The translations under genes were made by a program, and so were the position numbers. Shown here piece after piece: positions 48,201 to 56,814 of a DNA stretch of 64,000 nt. The DNA comes from an uncultured virus (IMG/VR IMGVR_UViG_3300009495_000011). Taxonomy: Duplodnaviria > Heunggongvirae > Uroviricota > Caudoviricetes. The notes below the pieces were generated by a model that saw only the letters and a program-made list of their open reading frames with translations, was not told the DNA's origin and did no database searches. The stretch's first letter is position 1. Each line of letters begins with the position of its first letter. Location of the stretch: the IMG/VR virus record IMGVR_UViG_3300009495_000011; one strand, written 5' to 3'.

Positions 48201-51200
48201 ATAAAATTAAATCAATTAACAGTTATGATGTTACAGTTGAAAGTGATAAGAAACTAGACGACGATGTTACAGTTGAAGATAGCAGTCAAGGAATTCTTTA
48301 CAATTTTGTTCATGCTAGAATTTCAGATACTAACGAAATAAATGTTATTACTCCTATCGACGGCTTTTCACAAGGCGAGCTTGTCTGGGTTGATGGAATA
48401 AACAACAACTGGAAAGTATTAGAAAAAAATAAAGTTTATCAGAAAAATATAATTTCAAATACTTTTGATACAACTGGCACATACGGCACAAGTGTGGCAG
48501 TTGACAGATATAATAGAGATTTTGTAGTAGGTGATCCTGCATATTCGACTACAAGTATAGAACAGCGTGATCAAGATACTGATGTATTGCAAAAGGTTAT
48601 TACAACCTCAGATGCAGCAGTATATGTATATGCTAGAGCAAATGATTTAACTGAACATAGGTTAATACAAACCATTGAGCTTCCTACATCGCTAACCAAA
48701 ACAGAGTTTAGTCCAGCTTATGGTGTAAGTGAAACATCACCATTATACGGCGGCTTTGGACAAGTGCTTTCACTGTCTCCGGATACAAAGTTTTTAGCAG
48801 TTGGTGTACCAAATGCCAGCGATGTTCCTACATATTTTACAGGCGAATGGAATGCCGGCGCAAATTATGTTCAAGAAGATGTTGTTGTTTACCAAGATAA
48901 ATTCTACAAAGCAATTGTTAACGGTTTAAATGCTACACCGCCGAACTTAGTAAGCGATTGGGTTGAATTAGGTTACAACGAAGTTGAAGGAAAATCAACA
49001 GCTACATCAGGTATTACAAATCAAGGCTGGGTGTCGGTATATGTAAGAACCGGCAGCGGCAACTTTAACTTATTGTTTATTATGCAGTCTCCTGAACCAC
49101 AGCCGGGTCAGCGTTTTGGCGAAAACATTACTATTAAAGAAGTAGGAAAGTTAGACTACAGAATGTTTGTGTCGGCACCTGGACATGACGGTATTGGTAA
49201 AGTTTATGTGTTTGACTGGAATCTAAGCACAGGCGGCAAATGGCAATGGGCTCCTACTAAGTCTTTACCCCTTGCTGCTACTGGAAGTAACACTGTTGAA
49301 GTAATTAACGCTTCAATGGACTTTGGTGTCGATGTTGAATTATCAGACAACGGCAACATACTCACAGTTAATGCGCCTTTTGCAAACAGTGCAATTGTTG
49401 AAAACTTTAAAGGCGAATATATTAATACTGCAACTTATGCTATCAATGAAGCAGTTAAGTATAATGGGCTATATTGGAAAAAATTAACAACAGCAAGTGC
49501 TGGTACTGCTCCAGCAGCTCCTAACTGGGAAGAAATTGCAGTAGATACTACTGGTGTTTACGGAAAGGTATTTGTTTATACTTACGAAAATGATGTATAC
49601 AATCTTGTACAAACGATATCTTCAAGCACACTTGGCGATAACGATGCATCCGGAGACGTGTTTGGACACAGTATTAGTTTAACTGAAGATGCACAAACAC
49701 TAGTAATTGGCTCGCCAAAATATGACAGCGTTGACAAACTTGATACTGGTAAAGTTTTTGTTCTAAATAATCAAGAAGCTGTGTCAAGTAATGCTGCTAA
49801 TTTTGTTATTGAGCAAACGATTGAAGTTAGATCTTCTGCAAATCAAGAATTTGGAAACAAAGTAAGTATTTCAGATAATAATCTAGTTATAGGTTCACGT
49901 CGTGGAGATCAAGTTGAACGAACTCCACTATCGGATAATACAACTTTTGACTCTAATGCAACCCACTTATCAAACATATTTAAAGATACAGGAAAAATAG
50001 ATGTATACTACAGATATGACGGCAAGTTTACCTACGAAGATTCAATTGTACTAGCTGACAGAGATGTTATTAATCTAGGAACAAATGTTCTTGCAAATAA
50101 AAATCATGTAATTGCAGGTGTGCCTAACTACAACAACAGAAACGGCGCAATAATCGACTTTTATAGAACAAGTAATGTTACTAGCTGGAATACTCGTAGA
50201 CAGGCAGTTGCTCCGGCTGATGTATCAAAAATTAAAAGTGCGTTCTTGTACAATACTAGAACAAATGTGTTAGTAAAAGAACTAGACATTATTGATCCTT
50301 TACAAGGAAAAATTGCAGGACCTGCTGATCAAGAAATAAAATATAAAACATTCTGGGATCCAGCAGTTTATACTGTTGGTGACGATAGTGTAAACATTGA
50401 TGAAGTTGGAGCCTGGGACGCAACTAATGTAGGCGATGTATGGTGGGACTTAACAACTTCACGCTTTGTAAACTATCATCAAAACTCAGCATTATATAGA
50501 GCTAACAATTGGAGTAAATTAAACCAATATGGCAGTATTGATGTGTACGAATGGGTAAGTTCAAAGTACAAACCAAGTGTATACGATGAGCTATCTGCAT
50601 CAGACGAAGGCCCTGCACTAGGTATTACCGGAACATCAAAATACGGAGATACTTCTTATGTAATTGCTAAAGAGTACGATCCGATAGCAAAAATATTTAC
50701 AAACAAATATATGTTCTGGGTTAAAAATAAAACAACTGTGCCTCAGAAAGACGGAAGAGCAATCGATGTTGCGTCTATTGCTAATCTAATTAAAGATCCG
50801 AGCGGACAGGGATATAGCTACATAGCAATAACCAGTAATAATAGTTTTGTACTATATAATGCCAAACAATATCTAAATGATGCAGACATTGCAGTTAATA
50901 TTAGATTCTGGACAACAGACAAAACTGATACTAACATACATAGACAATACCAAATTATCTCTGAAGGTTTAGATATTAGTATACCTAATGACCTATTAAT
51001 TAAAAAGTGGTATGATAGTTTAGTTGGATTTACAACTGATGGTTATCCAGTGCCAAATCCAAATCTAGGAGAAAAGCAACGCTACGGTATTTTAAATAAG
51101 CCAAGACAGGGCATGTTTAAAAATAGAATCGAAGCAATGAAACAAGCAATTGAATACATTAACTATGTATTCTCTAAAAACATACTTGTTGACGACTTCG

Positions 51201-54200
51201 ACATATCACCGTTCTTTGAGAAAGAATTAGTACCAACAGCAGAATCAAAACTGTTTGACATAGAAATATCCGATGACTTAGAGTTAAACTTTATTGCTAC
51301 TGGTAAACTTACTACTGCTGATATTAGTTTAAGAATTGAAAACGGCAACATAACAGATGTTGTTATTGACAATCCTGGTAGAGGATATTTACAAGCACCG
51401 GACATCACGGTAGTAGGCCAAGGTAAAGATGCAGTATTAGAAGCAACTATTGATGCATTTGGTAGAATAGACAGCGTCTCTATTGTTAACCCAGGTACTG
51501 GATATATAGACGATACTTATGCAGTAGTTAGACAATATACAGTTCTAAGTACAAACGTTAATAATACTAACAAGTGGGGACTATATGTTTACGATACTAG
51601 AAACAAGAACTGGCAGCTAACTAGAATACAATCGTATGATGTGTCAAGTTACTGGACTTACAGAGATTGGTATTCATCTGGCGTAACTGCAAATACACCG
51701 ATTGATTTCTTAATTGACGGGTCATATCAATTATTAAATATTTCGCCGCGCCCTGGACAAATAGTAAAAATTACCAATGTCGGCAGTAGCGGAACTTGGT
51801 TACTATTAAAGAGAAATAATGAAACTAATGAAAGTGATATCAACTTAAACTATACTGTAGTTGGAAGAGAAAAGGCAACTATAGAATTAAGTTCAGCATT
51901 ATATGATTTTGATCAAAACGTATTAGGATATGACGGTATTAGTTATGAAGAAGTAAACTACGATAGTATTCCGACTCAAGAAGCAAGAATCATTCTTGAT
52001 GCTATCCGTAATAATATCTTTATTGATAACTTACAAGTAGAATTTAACAACTTATTCTTTAACAGTGTTCGCTATGTGTTAACTGAACAGACACCAGTTG
52101 ACTGGATCTTTAAAACAAGTTTTGTAAAGGCAAAACACAATGTAGGAGAACTAGAACAGAGAATTACATATAAAAATGATAGTTTAACTTCTTATCAAGA
52201 TTACATCAACGAAGTAAAACCATATAGAACTAAAGTAAGGGAATTTGTAAGTAGCTATAACAAAACTGAAGTAGTTAGCACACTAACCACTGACTTTGAT
52301 TTAAAATCAACAAATAACATTAAAGTGTTTAATAACGATCTAGTATTAGATGGAAATACATCGTTGGATATATATCCAGATCAGAGTTGGAAAGATAACC
52401 ACACATACGGTGTAAGTGATATACAAATACAAAATGCCGGTATAGGTTATCAAACAGCACCTGAGTTAACAATCAGCGGTGGCGGCGGCCGCGGCGCAAC
52501 AGCTAAAGCATATATCGGTAGTGGCGGAAAAATCACTAATGTTGTGGTAACTAATTCAGGAACTGGGTATTACTCAAGACCTGATGTAATTATTAACGGC
52601 TCAGTTGATGATACAGGCGAAACTGCTACACTTATTGCTATCATTGATAATAATACAATTCGTAAAAACGACATAACAATTAAATTTGATAGGACACTAG
52701 GTCAATCAGAAGTACTAAATTTAGATGTTACAGAAACATTTTTAGGCACAGGCGTGCAAACAACATTTGCGCTAAAGTGGCCAGCTGATTTAAGAAAAGG
52801 TTTAACTACTGTTAAAATTAATGGCGAGGAATTGCTAGACAGCGAATATAGTTTAGGAAATGCTACTACTAAAGTCGACGGACTAACTAAGTTGTTCGGA
52901 CATTTAGAAATATTAATAGCAGCAGAAGCAACCGAAACTTTAACTATTGAATACAAAAAAGACATTTCGTTCTTAAGGGCCTATGATAGAATTAACTATT
53001 ATTACAACCCAACTGTTGGACAACTTGCAAAAGACCCGGCTGCGTTAATGACAGGCGTAGACTATGGCGGTGTAAGCGTAACAGGTTTTGGATTTGAACC
53101 TTCAGGTGGTTGGGGCACAGACGGAACAAGTTGGGACAACGTAACTTGGGAAGGTAGTGACGAAACATTTACAGATATCACACTTTACAATGATGCTACT
53201 GAGCTAACTTATACATTTGCAACTGCACCTGCGGTTGATGACATATGGAACGTTTATGTAAACGGAGTTCGTATTGATGATACTAACTGGAATGTAGGAA
53301 CAGGCATAACGAATACAAATGCAGTAATGCAAACTATTGCAGGTGACGGAGAAACAACAGACTTTACTATTCCGTTACAGAATTTGTCAAGTGTTATATT
53401 AGGTGATGCAGGACAAGAACAAGTTATCTTAAGAAAATCAACAAGTGATGGCAGCTTCATCCCAGTAGGCGTTGATATTGATAGTATTGTTAACGGCGGC
53501 GATCTAGGATATGCTCAAGCTACTGGGTATAATCCAGAAGATATCACAATGGATGGCGACGGATTTGTTACACCAACTACAAGCGGCGGCTTAGAAGAGC
53601 AAGTTCCGGGGCACGTTTCGGAATCTATTGACATGTTTGTTTATAGCTTGTCACGTAGTGGCGGCCCACAGATTAACAGCATTAGTTACGTAGCAGATGG
53701 AAGCACTAAGAGTTTTGCTTATATTGCAGATCCGCAAAGTAAAGATGCGCTAATAATAAAAGTTAATAATAAGATCCTGCGTCCAAACCAGTATCAGTAT
53801 ACTCCAAACTTTGCAGCGTACACTGACTTCTTAACAGCATACGAAAGTAACAAGGCTATTAAAGAAGAACAGCTTACTATAGTTTCGTCTAGAATTGACG
53901 AACTACAGGTATTAATTGCTCCATTAGAAACACAATTAGATGACATTGCAGTTGAAATAATCAATCAGCAGTCGTTACTAGATGCAATTGAAAATAGTAT
54001 ACTCTTTACACAGTCTCAAATTGCTTCATTAGAGTCACAGGTTGCATCGCTTAGTCCTCAGAGTCCTACTTACGAAAGTCAGCTAGCTAGTTTACTAAGC
54101 CAGATTAGTGTTCTGCAAGGTCAGTTGTCGGGTTACAATAGTCAGTTTAGTCAAGAAACAGTAGACCTTGCTGCACTAGTAGAAACTGAATCACAACTAT

Positions 54201-56176
54201 CTATAGCTATTAGTGATTATACAACAGAACTATCTACTTTGCAACCACAAAAAACATTGCTAACTAGTGAAGTAGCAGAGTTAGATGTTAATATACAGTC
54301 GTTAAATGATTACCTGATTAATCCAGGTAAAACTATAATATTGAATACAGTACCAAGCGTAAACGATGTTGTTACTATTATGACATTTGGTACAAACGGC
54401 AATGATATTATTTTAATTGACGGATTTACTGGCGACGGAAGTACAAGCGAATTTATTACTCCATTGAAATATACTAAAGACCTAAGAGTATTTGCAACAG
54501 TTAATGGCAAACGAGTTAAGCCAAGATTGCTTGTAACAGATGATTCTTACCAAGAATCTAACAGACTAGGTCTAGATTTTGATCCAACTCCGCCAACTAA
54601 CGCTGACATCAAATACACAGTATATAACGACGAGTCTCCAGATTATAGTTACATACAAAAGCAGCTAGAAACAGCTGACGGTAGTACAACACAGTTTGAT
54701 CTTGATGACACTCCGTATGGTGCTTCTCCAAGTGCTAACTTCTTAGTAGTATTTGCTGATGACAAAATGTTAAATGGCGGATACACACAGGTGTTTACAG
54801 CTAACGGCGCAGACGACTTTCAAGTTGACCTAAGTGACTTTGAATATGGCGAGTTTAGTTCAGGACACACAGAAGTTTATGTAGACGGTATAATTAAAGA
54901 ACTAGGGGTTGATTACCAAATTGATTTTGGATCTAACACAATTGCTTTCATTGCTGGTAAACTTAAATTAGGTCAAGAGATAAAAGTATTCATCATGACA
55001 AATGCACAATACTATGTGATGAACGGAAAGTTAGTAACTCCTACTGCATTACCGAGCGGCACAAACTTGATGATTATGAGTTTTTACAACACTGATGTGT
55101 TTGACACTCAGCATAAATCTAAGAGCGTACTAAGTAGACGTACATTAACTCCTGCAAGCAAATGGTACCGTAGTAGTGTTGCAGGCAATGCCGGAATTAT
55201 TCTTCTAAGCACACCAGTTTCAAATGCAAACTACGTACTAGTTGCAATCAACGGTTCTTTGTTAACTCCTCACAGAGATTACACACTAATCGAAGGCGGC
55301 ACCGCAGTACAAGTTGATATTGCTCGTAATATTAACAGTACTGATACATTTAGTATTGTTATATTTGATTATGATCCAGTTGAAAAGAGTTTTGCATTTA
55401 GACAGTTTACTGATAACTTGAATAGAACTCATTACAAAGCAGTTAATACTGAAAAGTCAACAAAGTTAACTACATTACTAAATTGGTATGACAGCAGTAT
55501 TGAGGTAGATGATGCTAGTGTATTAGACGATCCAATTGTAAGACAAAACGTTCCAGGAATTATATTCGTTGGATCAGAACGTATTGAGTACATGAAGAAA
55601 GAAGGAAATATACTATCACAACTAAGAAGAGGAACGTATGGCACTGCTACTAAAGAAATTTATCATGCTGCGACAGAAGTTCTAAATCAAGGTAAGAGTT
55701 TAACAATTGATTATCTTGACACAGAGCTTACTGAAGTATTTTACGGTGACGGAATAACACAAGAATATTCGCTTCCATACACTCCGAAGTTAAATACAGC
55801 TACAGTAAGAGCAAACAACGGTTGGAACAGAAATAACGAATTTGACCCAACTGCAACATCAATTCCTGAGACATATGGACAAGCAGATGATATTGAAGTT
55901 TTTGTAGAGGGTAAGAGAATGAACAAAGCGCCATGCACATTATATAACCCAGACAAAGACCAGCTAAGTCCGTTAGGTGACAGCGGGTTACCTGCAGATT
56001 TTAGTGTTAATGGAACACCGTCTGTGCGTTTAACAGTTGCTCCAAAAGTAGGCGCAAAGATAGTAATCAAGCGTAAACAGGGTGTAATATGGCAGAATCG
56101 TGGAGAAAGTTTATCAGATACAGAAAATGCAATAGGCAAGTTCTTACGTGCCCAAACAGTTTCGTTTCCTAAATAA
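42263..56176 (+). CDS. Giant baseplate wedge / structural protein (4637 aa; gp7-like position)
   Basis: Follows gp6; LLPKYFRS N-terminus; contains FG-GAP-like propeller repeats, CBM-like modules, NPG.GY..AP repeats and GDGST..F beta-sandwich repeats. Confidence 0.75.
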   Translation: MAKDQEEINLPGENNEQRKTSLDLLPKYFRSNTNKKFLSATLDPLIQDGVIEKINGYLGRKTSKAFSTDDNYIPDISDDRQNYQLEPALIVKDNNDNVVYYKDYNDYINQLRAFGANTTNHNRLNSQEYYSWDPRVDWDKLVNYREYYWVSQGPVAISIAGQEKGVTSTYTVKIVNDGDSNAFVFNPDGLTRNPTIKLYRGLTYKFEVNQKNNPFWIKTKKTKTGFEYNEKIDNNGTEVGTVTITIDQNTPDILHYVNTNDLDSSGLIQVLSIDQNTEIDIDKELVGKKEYQLKTGHQLSNGMKVNFLGDVTPEKYSKGNWYVEGVGKEIILISEQELETLYPGQALEELQFDDIGFDVNPFDQNSEKDKDYITINRAAYDGNHWSRANRWIHKSVIETSYEISGTTPILDQSARASRPIIEFIPGIQLFNNGWNRVGDIDLVDTVTTDIMSEIEGTTGYYVDNINLIEGMRVIFTADNDLLIRDKVFTVNFVRFNNERIITLIPDVQNNVVGDTLVVKSGKLNQGKQFWFDGTKWTEAQQKTEPNQFPLFDLFDADGESLSDTTKYGSTSFKGNYVFSYQTGNGAPDTVLGFPIKYLSISNIGDILFSSNILTDTYDYIKNEKKYSIIAKDSYIKVYNRLGNFGYHSAWERAASHSVQQVIRHYIADLNRNDFEIDVYNDAALLTDLDVKVFVNNKITNHFTLVTQNNRLYVHFANDLNENSSVIIKTHSLANKNENGYYEFPLNLQNNPNNEDPTQITLGEITDHVETIFNAAPAVEGTFPGISNIRDLGTVSAYGSRFVKHSGPINIAMYHLTNKDTNIIKSLDYAAKSYDKFQKTFLDKISTDEILGTPNIDVDTILESITAENKETDSFYNSGMVPFRAFNEIRHTVIDPTFELYGITEIFEPYKHQDKAILVYLNDTQLLLGSEYEFINDNFVKINVAKEVDDVIVIREYSTLVGNYIAPTPARLGLLPKYEPKKYLDTTLQTPQNVIQGHDGSVILAFNDYRDDLIIELERRIYNNIKIEYTNDLVDFYSFKPGANRTGEYSLKEIDNILRPLFLKWHKNLNVSYTDNVWFETGNQFTYNYKTGSYKDKQLPGFWRGIYNYWYDTDRPHLTPWEMLGFSIMPSWWEDEYGPAPYTSENLLMWRDLEVGRIKEPGNNRINNDFSRPGLLDIIPVDANGRLRDPIEANIAQNYESAEFGAEYAFGDQSPVENAWRRSSSYRFSLLCAWFLTKPAQIFGVYLDRAHTSRDVSGIIKYAGEYPTLSGLADKVSNTALASGLISYVNNWLYQTGESFVTDYSFNLKNANNQLGAKLAGYTEKSKFRLILDSRTPLNEGNVFIPEENYQIVLNTSSPVDVLSYSGVIVEKRTNGFLIKGYDQKFPYFQHRRIITSQNDSQITIGAVSESFISWDSEKTYIQGKIVEYNGIYYRCREDHFSSDTFDSDKFVKLPSLPSVGGNSYFYRSNFDTSAYYTLDYGTILPTVQAVVDFMYGYGAYLAEAGFVFDNYDNENSILQDWDTSVKEFVYWTTQNWSEGTVIALSPGAKTFTINVDYTNVDSLLNDFYDYEIYNSAGTRISINDLDVTRANNKFTLETLGDDGIYFARLHLVQTEHVLLIDNTTVFADTLYDKPAGYRQDRVKVLGYKTVLWDGGLTTPGFIFDEVTVKSWTPFTQFQIGDVVKHKEFYYSAEDKIVSGEVFNEENWKRLSGIQQSTLIPNFDYRAEQFTDFFDLDTDNFDTEQQRLAQHTIGYQKRRYLENIINDDVSQYKFYQGMILDKGTKNVLNKMFDKLGAADKESLNFYEEWAIRSGDYGAVDSFVEVEYKIDEEFVRLEPQPFELVSVIDSNTTDLVYRYTPDQAYVTYDGYNHAPFKATTKIPSFIRTAGNVDENDVDFSVKYVDDIAALNIDDFNVGSTVWVSFYNASWTVLRMQDAKINVLSAKRGSGTDIILRTNELLVAEVGDVIGVKNVSPDVDKFYKIKSINSYDVTVESDKKLDDDVTVEDSSQGILYNFVHARISDTNEINVITPIDGFSQGELVWVDGINNNWKVLEKNKVYQKNIISNTFDTTGTYGTSVAVDRYNRDFVVGDPAYSTTSIEQRDQDTDVLQKVITTSDAAVYVYARANDLTEHRLIQTIELPTSLTKTEFSPAYGVSETSPLYGGFGQVLSLSPDTKFLAVGVPNASDVPTYFTGEWNAGANYVQEDVVVYQDKFYKAIVNGLNATPPNLVSDWVELGYNEVEGKSTATSGITNQGWVSVYVRTGSGNFNLLFIMQSPEPQPGQRFGENITIKEVGKLDYRMFVSAPGHDGIGKVYVFDWNLSTGGKWQWAPTKSLPLAATGSNTVEVINASMDFGVDVELSDNGNILTVNAPFANSAIVENFKGEYINTATYAINEAVKYNGLYWKKLTTASAGTAPAAPNWEEIAVDTTGVYGKVFVYTYENDVYNLVQTISSSTLGDNDASGDVFGHSISLTEDAQTLVIGSPKYDSVDKLDTGKVFVLNNQEAVSSNAANFVIEQTIEVRSSANQEFGNKVSISDNNLVIGSRRGDQVERTPLSDNTTFDSNATHLSNIFKDTGKIDVYYRYDGKFTYEDSIVLADRDVINLGTNVLANKNHVIAGVPNYNNRNGAIIDFYRTSNVTSWNTRRQAVAPADVSKIKSAFLYNTRTNVLVKELDIIDPLQGKIAGPADQEIKYKTFWDPAVYTVGDDSVNIDEVGAWDATNVGDVWWDLTTSRFVNYHQNSALYRANNWSKLNQYGSIDVYEWVSSKYKPSVYDELSASDEGPALGITGTSKYGDTSYVIAKEYDPIAKIFTNKYMFWVKNKTTVPQKDGRAIDVASIANLIKDPSGQGYSYIAITSNNSFVLYNAKQYLNDADIAVNIRFWTTDKTDTNIHRQYQIISEGLDISIPNDLLIKKWYDSLVGFTTDGYPVPNPNLGEKQRYGILNKPRQGMFKNRIEAMKQAIEYINYVFSKNILVDDFDISPFFEKELVPTAESKLFDIEISDDLELNFIATGKLTTADISLRIENGNITDVVIDNPGRGYLQAPDITVVGQGKDAVLEATIDAFGRIDSVSIVNPGTGYIDDTYAVVRQYTVLSTNVNNTNKWGLYVYDTRNKNWQLTRIQSYDVSSYWTYRDWYSSGVTANTPIDFLIDGSYQLLNISPRPGQIVKITNVGSSGTWLLLKRNNETNESDINLNYTVVGREKATIELSSALYDFDQNVLGYDGISYEEVNYDSIPTQEARIILDAIRNNIFIDNLQVEFNNLFFNSVRYVLTEQTPVDWIFKTSFVKAKHNVGELEQRITYKNDSLTSYQDYINEVKPYRTKVREFVSSYNKTEVVSTLTTDFDLKSTNNIKVFNNDLVLDGNTSLDIYPDQSWKDNHTYGVSDIQIQNAGIGYQTAPELTISGGGGRGATAKAYIGSGGKITNVVVTNSGTGYYSRPDVIINGSVDDTGETATLIAIIDNNTIRKNDITIKFDRTLGQSEVLNLDVTETFLGTGVQTTFALKWPADLRKGLTTVKINGEELLDSEYSLGNATTKVDGLTKLFGHLEILIAAEATETLTIEYKKDISFLRAYDRINYYYNPTVGQLAKDPAALMTGVDYGGVSVTGFGFEPSGGWGTDGTSWDNVTWEGSDETFTDITLYNDATELTYTFATAPAVDDIWNVYVNGVRIDDTNWNVGTGITNTNAVMQTIAGDGETTDFTIPLQNLSSVILGDAGQEQVILRKSTSDGSFIPVGVDIDSIVNGGDLGYAQATGYNPEDITMDGDGFVTPTTSGGLEEQVPGHVSESIDMFVYSLSRSGGPQINSISYVADGSTKSFAYIADPQSKDALIIKVNNKILRPNQYQYTPNFAAYTDFLTAYESNKAIKEEQLTIVSSRIDELQVLIAPLETQLDDIAVEIINQQSLLDAIENSILFTQSQIASLESQVASLSPQSPTYESQLASLLSQISVLQGQLSGYNSQFSQETVDLAALVETESQLSIAISDYTTELSTLQPQKTLLTSEVAELDVNIQSLNDYLINPGKTIILNTVPSVNDVVTIMTFGTNGNDIILIDGFTGDGSTSEFITPLKYTKDLRVFATVNGKRVKPRLLVTDDSYQESNRLGLDFDPTPPTNADIKYTVYNDESPDYSYIQKQLETADGSTTQFDLDDTPYGASPSANFLVVFADDKMLNGGYTQVFTANGADDFQVDLSDFEYGEFSSGHTEVYVDGIIKELGVDYQIDFGSNTIAFIAGKLKLGQEIKVFIMTNAQYYVMNGKLVTPTALPSGTNLMIMSFYNTDVFDTQHKSKSVLSRRTLTPASKWYRSSVAGNAGIILLSTPVSNANYVLVAINGSLLTPHRDYTLIEGGTAVQVDIARNINSTDTFSIVIFDYDPVEKSFAFRQFTDNLNRTHYKAVNTEKSTKLTTLLNWYDSSIEVDDASVLDDPIVRQNVPGIIFVGSERIEYMKKEGNILSQLRRGTYGTATKEIYHAATEVLNQGKSLTIDYLDTELTEVFYGDGITQEYSLPYTPKLNTATVRANNGWNRNNEFDPTATSIPETYGQADDIEVFVEGKRMNKAPCTLYNPDKDQLSPLGDSGLPADFSVNGTPSVRLTVAPKVGAKIVIKRKQGVIWQNRGESLSDTENAIGKFLRAQTVSFPK

Positions 56177-56179
56177 ATA
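56170..56179 (+). promoter_or_regulatory. Late promoter (TAAATAAATA) overlapping the stop of the giant gene
   Basis: Tandem TAAATA ~22 nt upstream of ATG 56201. Confidence 0.65.
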
Positions 56180-56200
56180 CAATATGGTAGAGAGAAAAAT

Positions 56201-56812
56201 ATGACAAAAATTAATGAACCGAGTGGGATACACGTAGAAGGGCATATTAAAATATATGATCCGGAAACTAAGGAAGTCTATGTGAATAAGCGAAATGCTA
56301 TTCACTATGAGAACATGAGTATTGCGTTAGCTGAAAGTATTGCTAATGCTGGCCAAGGTAACATATATGAAATGAGCTTTGGTAATGGAGGAACTGCGGT
56401 TGACCCAACAGGCATTATCACTTACTTAACTCCTAACTCAACAGGAACCAATGCAAGTTTGTACAATCAAACATTTAGTAAGGTTGTTGACGATCGCAGT
56501 ACTGAAAACACTGACCCGCTAAGAAACAGAATTGAAACTCGCCATGTTACCGGTGTTAATTATACTGATATTGTTGTAAGTTGTTTACTAGACTACGGCG
56601 AACCAGAAGGTCAAGATGCTTTTGATAACTCTACCGATACCGAAGCATTATTTGTATTTGACGAACTTGGTCTAAAAGCAAAGCGCACTACAGGCGATAA
56701 CTTACTTGTTACTCATGTTATTTTCCACCCAGTACAAAAGTCACTGAACAGACTTATTCAAATTGATTATACAGTTAGAATTCAAAGTCTAAGTGGCGGA
56801 AGTGAGGTCTAA
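56201..56812 (+). CDS. Conserved baseplate/fibre-attachment protein (203 aa)
   Basis: FVFDELGL..LVTHVIFHPVQKSLNRLIQIDYTVRI; position between wedge and fibres. Confidence 0.65.
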   Translation: MTKINEPSGIHVEGHIKIYDPETKEVYVNKRNAIHYENMSIALAESIANAGQGNIYEMSFGNGGTAVDPTGIITYLTPNSTGTNASLYNQTFSKVVDDRSTENTDPLRNRIETRHVTGVNYTDIVVSCLLDYGEPEGQDAFDNSTDTEALFVFDELGLKAKRTTGDNLLVTHVIFHPVQKSLNRLIQIDYTVRIQSLSGGSEV

Positions 56813-56814
56813 GA

